A DNA stretch of 63,168 nt, filler included, from Vannella sp. (Eukaryota), in the NCBI GenBank assembly GCA_023345925.1. It is 8 parts of 8 records of this genome, joined end to end, with 100 filler letters (N's around TTAATTAATTAA, not from the genome) between each part and the next. Parts side by side here need not be neighbours in the genome. Positions count along the whole stretch, not along the records: positions 59,220 to 63,168 come from JAJQQN010000620.1; 7 more parts are not named here. One strand, given 5' to 3'. A program made the position numbers and the translations under genes. Below the pieces are notes generated by a model. It did no database searches. It worked only from the letters and a program-made list of their open reading frames with translations, and was not told where the DNA came from. This document shows, one piece after another, positions 60,108 through 63,168 of the stretch (within the stretch, counting starts at the first letter, position 1; the number at the start of each line of letters is the position of its first letter).

Positions 60108-62312
60108 TTACAACTTGCTCTTCGTCTTACCCTTCCAGAGACGGGTGAGAGAGCCCTTCGCAGCGGCTTCAATCAAGAGTTGAGCAGGTTGGTAGCCCAT
60201 CTTGATGAGGGATTGGGCAATCAGATCAAGTCCCACTTCATCAGCGTACTGCATAGGACCTCCTCGATAACGAGGGAAGCCATAACCATAGCAGTATACC
60301 ACATCGATGTCTGAAGGTCGCTGAGCAAAGCCTTCCTCCAAGATCTTGAAGCCCTCATTGATAAGAGGGAAGAAGAGTCTTTCGAGGATCTCCTCATCGG
60401 TGAAAGAGCGTCTCTTAATGCCGCGATTGTGAGAGACTTGAAGAATGATCTTTTCCACTTCCGGGTCGGGAACTGGGCGGCGGTTCTCGTCATACTGGTA
60501 ATAGCCTTTCCCAACTTTCTGTCCGAGACGATCTGCCTCACAAAGGGCGTCTGTCACGTTATTGTGAGGGTCAGAGTTGCCAGCGCGCTTCTTCTCGCGC
60601 CAATGAAGGTCCAATCCCACCAAGTCAATCATTTGGAAAGGTCCCATTGGCATGCCAAACTCATACGCCACCTTATCCACTTGTGCTGGCGAGGCTCCTT
60701 CATCCACCATGGCCGAAGCCTCTTTGCTGTAAAACGCAATCATCCGGTTTCCCACAAAGCCAGGGCAATTGCCCACCAAGCACGCCACCTTCCTGATTTT
60801 CTTGCCAAATGCCATAACAGTGAGGATAGTCTCATCACTGGAGTGCTTCCCACGCACATTCTCGAGGAGCATCATGACATTGGCTGGAGAGAAGAAGTGA
60901 GTTCCGACCACGTATTGTGGTCTGTTGGTAGCAGATGCGATCTCATCAATATCTAGAGCACTTGTGTTGCTGCAGAGGAAGGCTCCTGGCTTGCAGACCT
61001 TGTCCAACTGACGGAAGATCTGTTTCTTGATGTCCATGTTCTCGAAGACGGCTTCAATGACCATGTCAACGTTGCTAAAGTCTTCATACTGAGTACTGGG
61101 TCGAATGAGACCCATCCTCTGTTGCAATTGCTCTTGAGAGAGCTTCCCAGACTTGAGACTCCGCTCGTAGTTCTTGTGAATAGCCTCTAGGCCCTTCTTA
61201 ACAGCTTCCTCGTTGACATCGAGCAACACAACAGAGATTCCAACATTGGCTGCACACATAGCGATGCCTCCTCCCATCAACCCAGCACCAACGATGCCAA
61301 GTGACTTGATATCTTTGGCTTTGGCATCCGAAGAGACGTCAGCTACCTTACTGCAAGTACGCTCTGCAAAGAACATGTGCTGGAGAGCGCGAGACTGAGG
61401 ATTCATGGCTAGTTCCATGAAGAGATTGAACTCTTCGTTCATTCCCTCCTCGAAAGGGAGCGTTACGGACGCCTCAACCGCTTTGATGATGTTGATAGGT
61501 GCCACCTCGTTACGACGGCTCTTCTTGACCATGCTACGAGTGGATTCGAAGACCTCAGGCCCAGCAGCACCGGGAACTTTGAGGTCGCGCACTCGACGGC
61601 TGTCAACACCATCTCCAAGCTTCCAGAGGGTCAGTCAATGGGCCACAGACAGAGAACAGTAACTTACTTTGGAGACCAGGAACTGCAAGGACTCTTCGAG
61701 AAGGCTGGAGCCTTTGGGAGCAACGTGGTCGACAAGTTTTGCTTTGAGGGCGACGTCAGAGGACACAGGCACTCCCCCAACGATTACTTTCAAGGCGAAA
61801 GGGATGCCTGTGATTCGAGGTAGGCGTTGGGTCCCTCCAGCGCCTGGCAGAAGGCCGAGGTTGACTTCAGGCAACCCCAACTTTGCCTTTGCCTCGCACA
61901 CGCGATAGTGAGCTCCTAAGGCCAGCTCCAAGCCCCCACCCAACGCAAAGTTTGCAATAGAAGCTACTACAGGTACTTGCAGAGACTCCAGCTCAAAGAT
62001 TAGCTCAGGAAGGGAAGGACCTTGCCAACATGATGAGAAAAAGTCTTCCTCTCCCCTCAAGAGACAAGAGAACATACCTTTGAGGCCACTACTGAACTCA
62101 CTAATGTCTGCTCCAGCACAGAAAGTGTCATTGGAGCCTTGCAACACGACACCCTTCACAAGAGGGTCGGCTCGAACCTTTGCCATTCCCGCTTGGAGCC
62201 CTTCCCGGACGCCGTGCGAGAGCTGATTGACTGGAGGGTTCTGCAGCGTGATAACAGCAAGCTTAACGTCTCCCCGTTGCACAGTCTCATAAGAAGCGGT
62301 CGGCGTTGGCAT
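60108..62312 (-). CDS. EHHADH: Peroxisomal bifunctional enoyl-CoA hydratase/3-hydroxyacyl-CoA dehydrogenase, spliced
   Basis: NPPVN, FCAGADI, ALGGGLEL, GAGLMGGGIA, HFFSPAN and a C-terminal SKL (PTS1). Confidence 0.93.
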
Positions 62313-62365
62313 GTCCCTGCGGAGGAGGCGGGGAAAGAATGCCGCCTCTGCCGCATTCGCCTCGA

Positions 62366-63168
62366 TTAGGAAGGGGCTCTGGGATGGTTTGAACTGTTCA
62401 TTTGTGTAAGGAGAGTCACCAGAGCCATCCTAGAGAGTAGCCAGTACAGAATCCACCGAGTGCGAGAAGGACCATGCCTTGGAGTCCCACTAACAAGGGC
62501 TCCTTGGGGTGGAGGCGCGCTTGGAGTTGATTGTAGTTGTCTAATGAGAGACAGGTTAGTTGTGGCGGAGGAGAAGAGGAGAATGTGACCTTGGAGGCTG
62601 AGAGATTCTTGTTTGATAGTTTGGAGAGTGGCTTGGAGCTTTTGTCGCTGTTCCTTGAGATGCTTGTTCTCTTGAGTCACTTGCTGTAGTCTAACCGAGT
62701 ACTGTAGCATGTAAGGCTTGCACTAAAGGGTAGGAGAGAGCTGTACCTCTTCATTTTGACGATTGAGCTGGTCCGCGACATCCGAGTGGACCACAGAGTG
62801 GAACATGGACGATCTTGCGGTCACAGAAGACTGGAGAGCATCAAGTGTATCACCGCCATGTGTCCCCTCGACAGTGCAGCGGATGATTTGCTTGCTAACC
62901 CTCTCTGAAGGAGGTGCAGCCCACTGAAGGGTCATTGGGGTCAAAGGGAAGCCTCATTGGGGATTCTAATACATACCAGTTGAGAAACAGGAGATGTGGC
63001 ATCCTCTGGATCGACGAGCTGAGTCAAGACCATGAACCTGTCCTTCTCTGAAGCTTCGGTTGCCCCTTTAAAGACTATTGGGGCCTCATCAGCAGCTGCA
63101 GAAGTCTGAGAAGGTGGATATGCATACTTTGGATCTCTGCTGCCTGTCCAGCCATGATAAGACCCGAC
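62366..63168 (-). CDS. 3' part of an uncharacterised spliced coiled-coil protein
   Basis: Adjacent minus-strand ORFs with heptad-like LQQVTQENKHLKEQRQKLQ and a late hydrophobic stretch. Confidence 0.4.

Noticed and set aside
53073..62312. PEX1 and the peroxisomal bifunctional enzyme as a peroxisome gene cluster
   Set aside because: They lie on different contigs, separated by a linker.

Overview
Not prokaryotic. The window is eight contigs of a gene-dense microbial eukaryote, joined by seven identical artificial 100-nt linkers (44 N + TTAATTAATTAA + 44 N), so adjacency across linkers means nothing. Genes carry short GT-AG introns (about 35-110 nt) with CTAAC/CTAAT/CTCAC/CTGAC branch points. 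Gene content (PTEN-LIM fusion, GPS-TM protein, Zn2Cys6 factor, PH-ELMO, FIBP) suggests an amoebozoan-like protist, which is inference only. About 40 coding loci are recognisable, including CDC5L, PEX1, MSH6, ferrochelatase, LKB1, PTEN, RPP40 and MRPS5. The most striking signals are missed by the ORF track: (1) an ankyrin gene whose inter-repeat loop is split by two consecutive single-codon (3-nt) micro-exons; (2) a tail-anchored LRR gene with one repeat per symmetric phase-2 exon; (3) a C2-lipase-putative MLKL-like bundle-TPR-EF-hand protein; (4) a Kolobok-like transposon end; (5) a decayed GH12 cellulase; (6) a bacterial-looking gene with an intron; (7) a 40-aa Cys/His microprotein; (8) a 53-bp near-perfect palindrome. 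All family calls come from motif recognition, not database searches, and splice models were built by hand.
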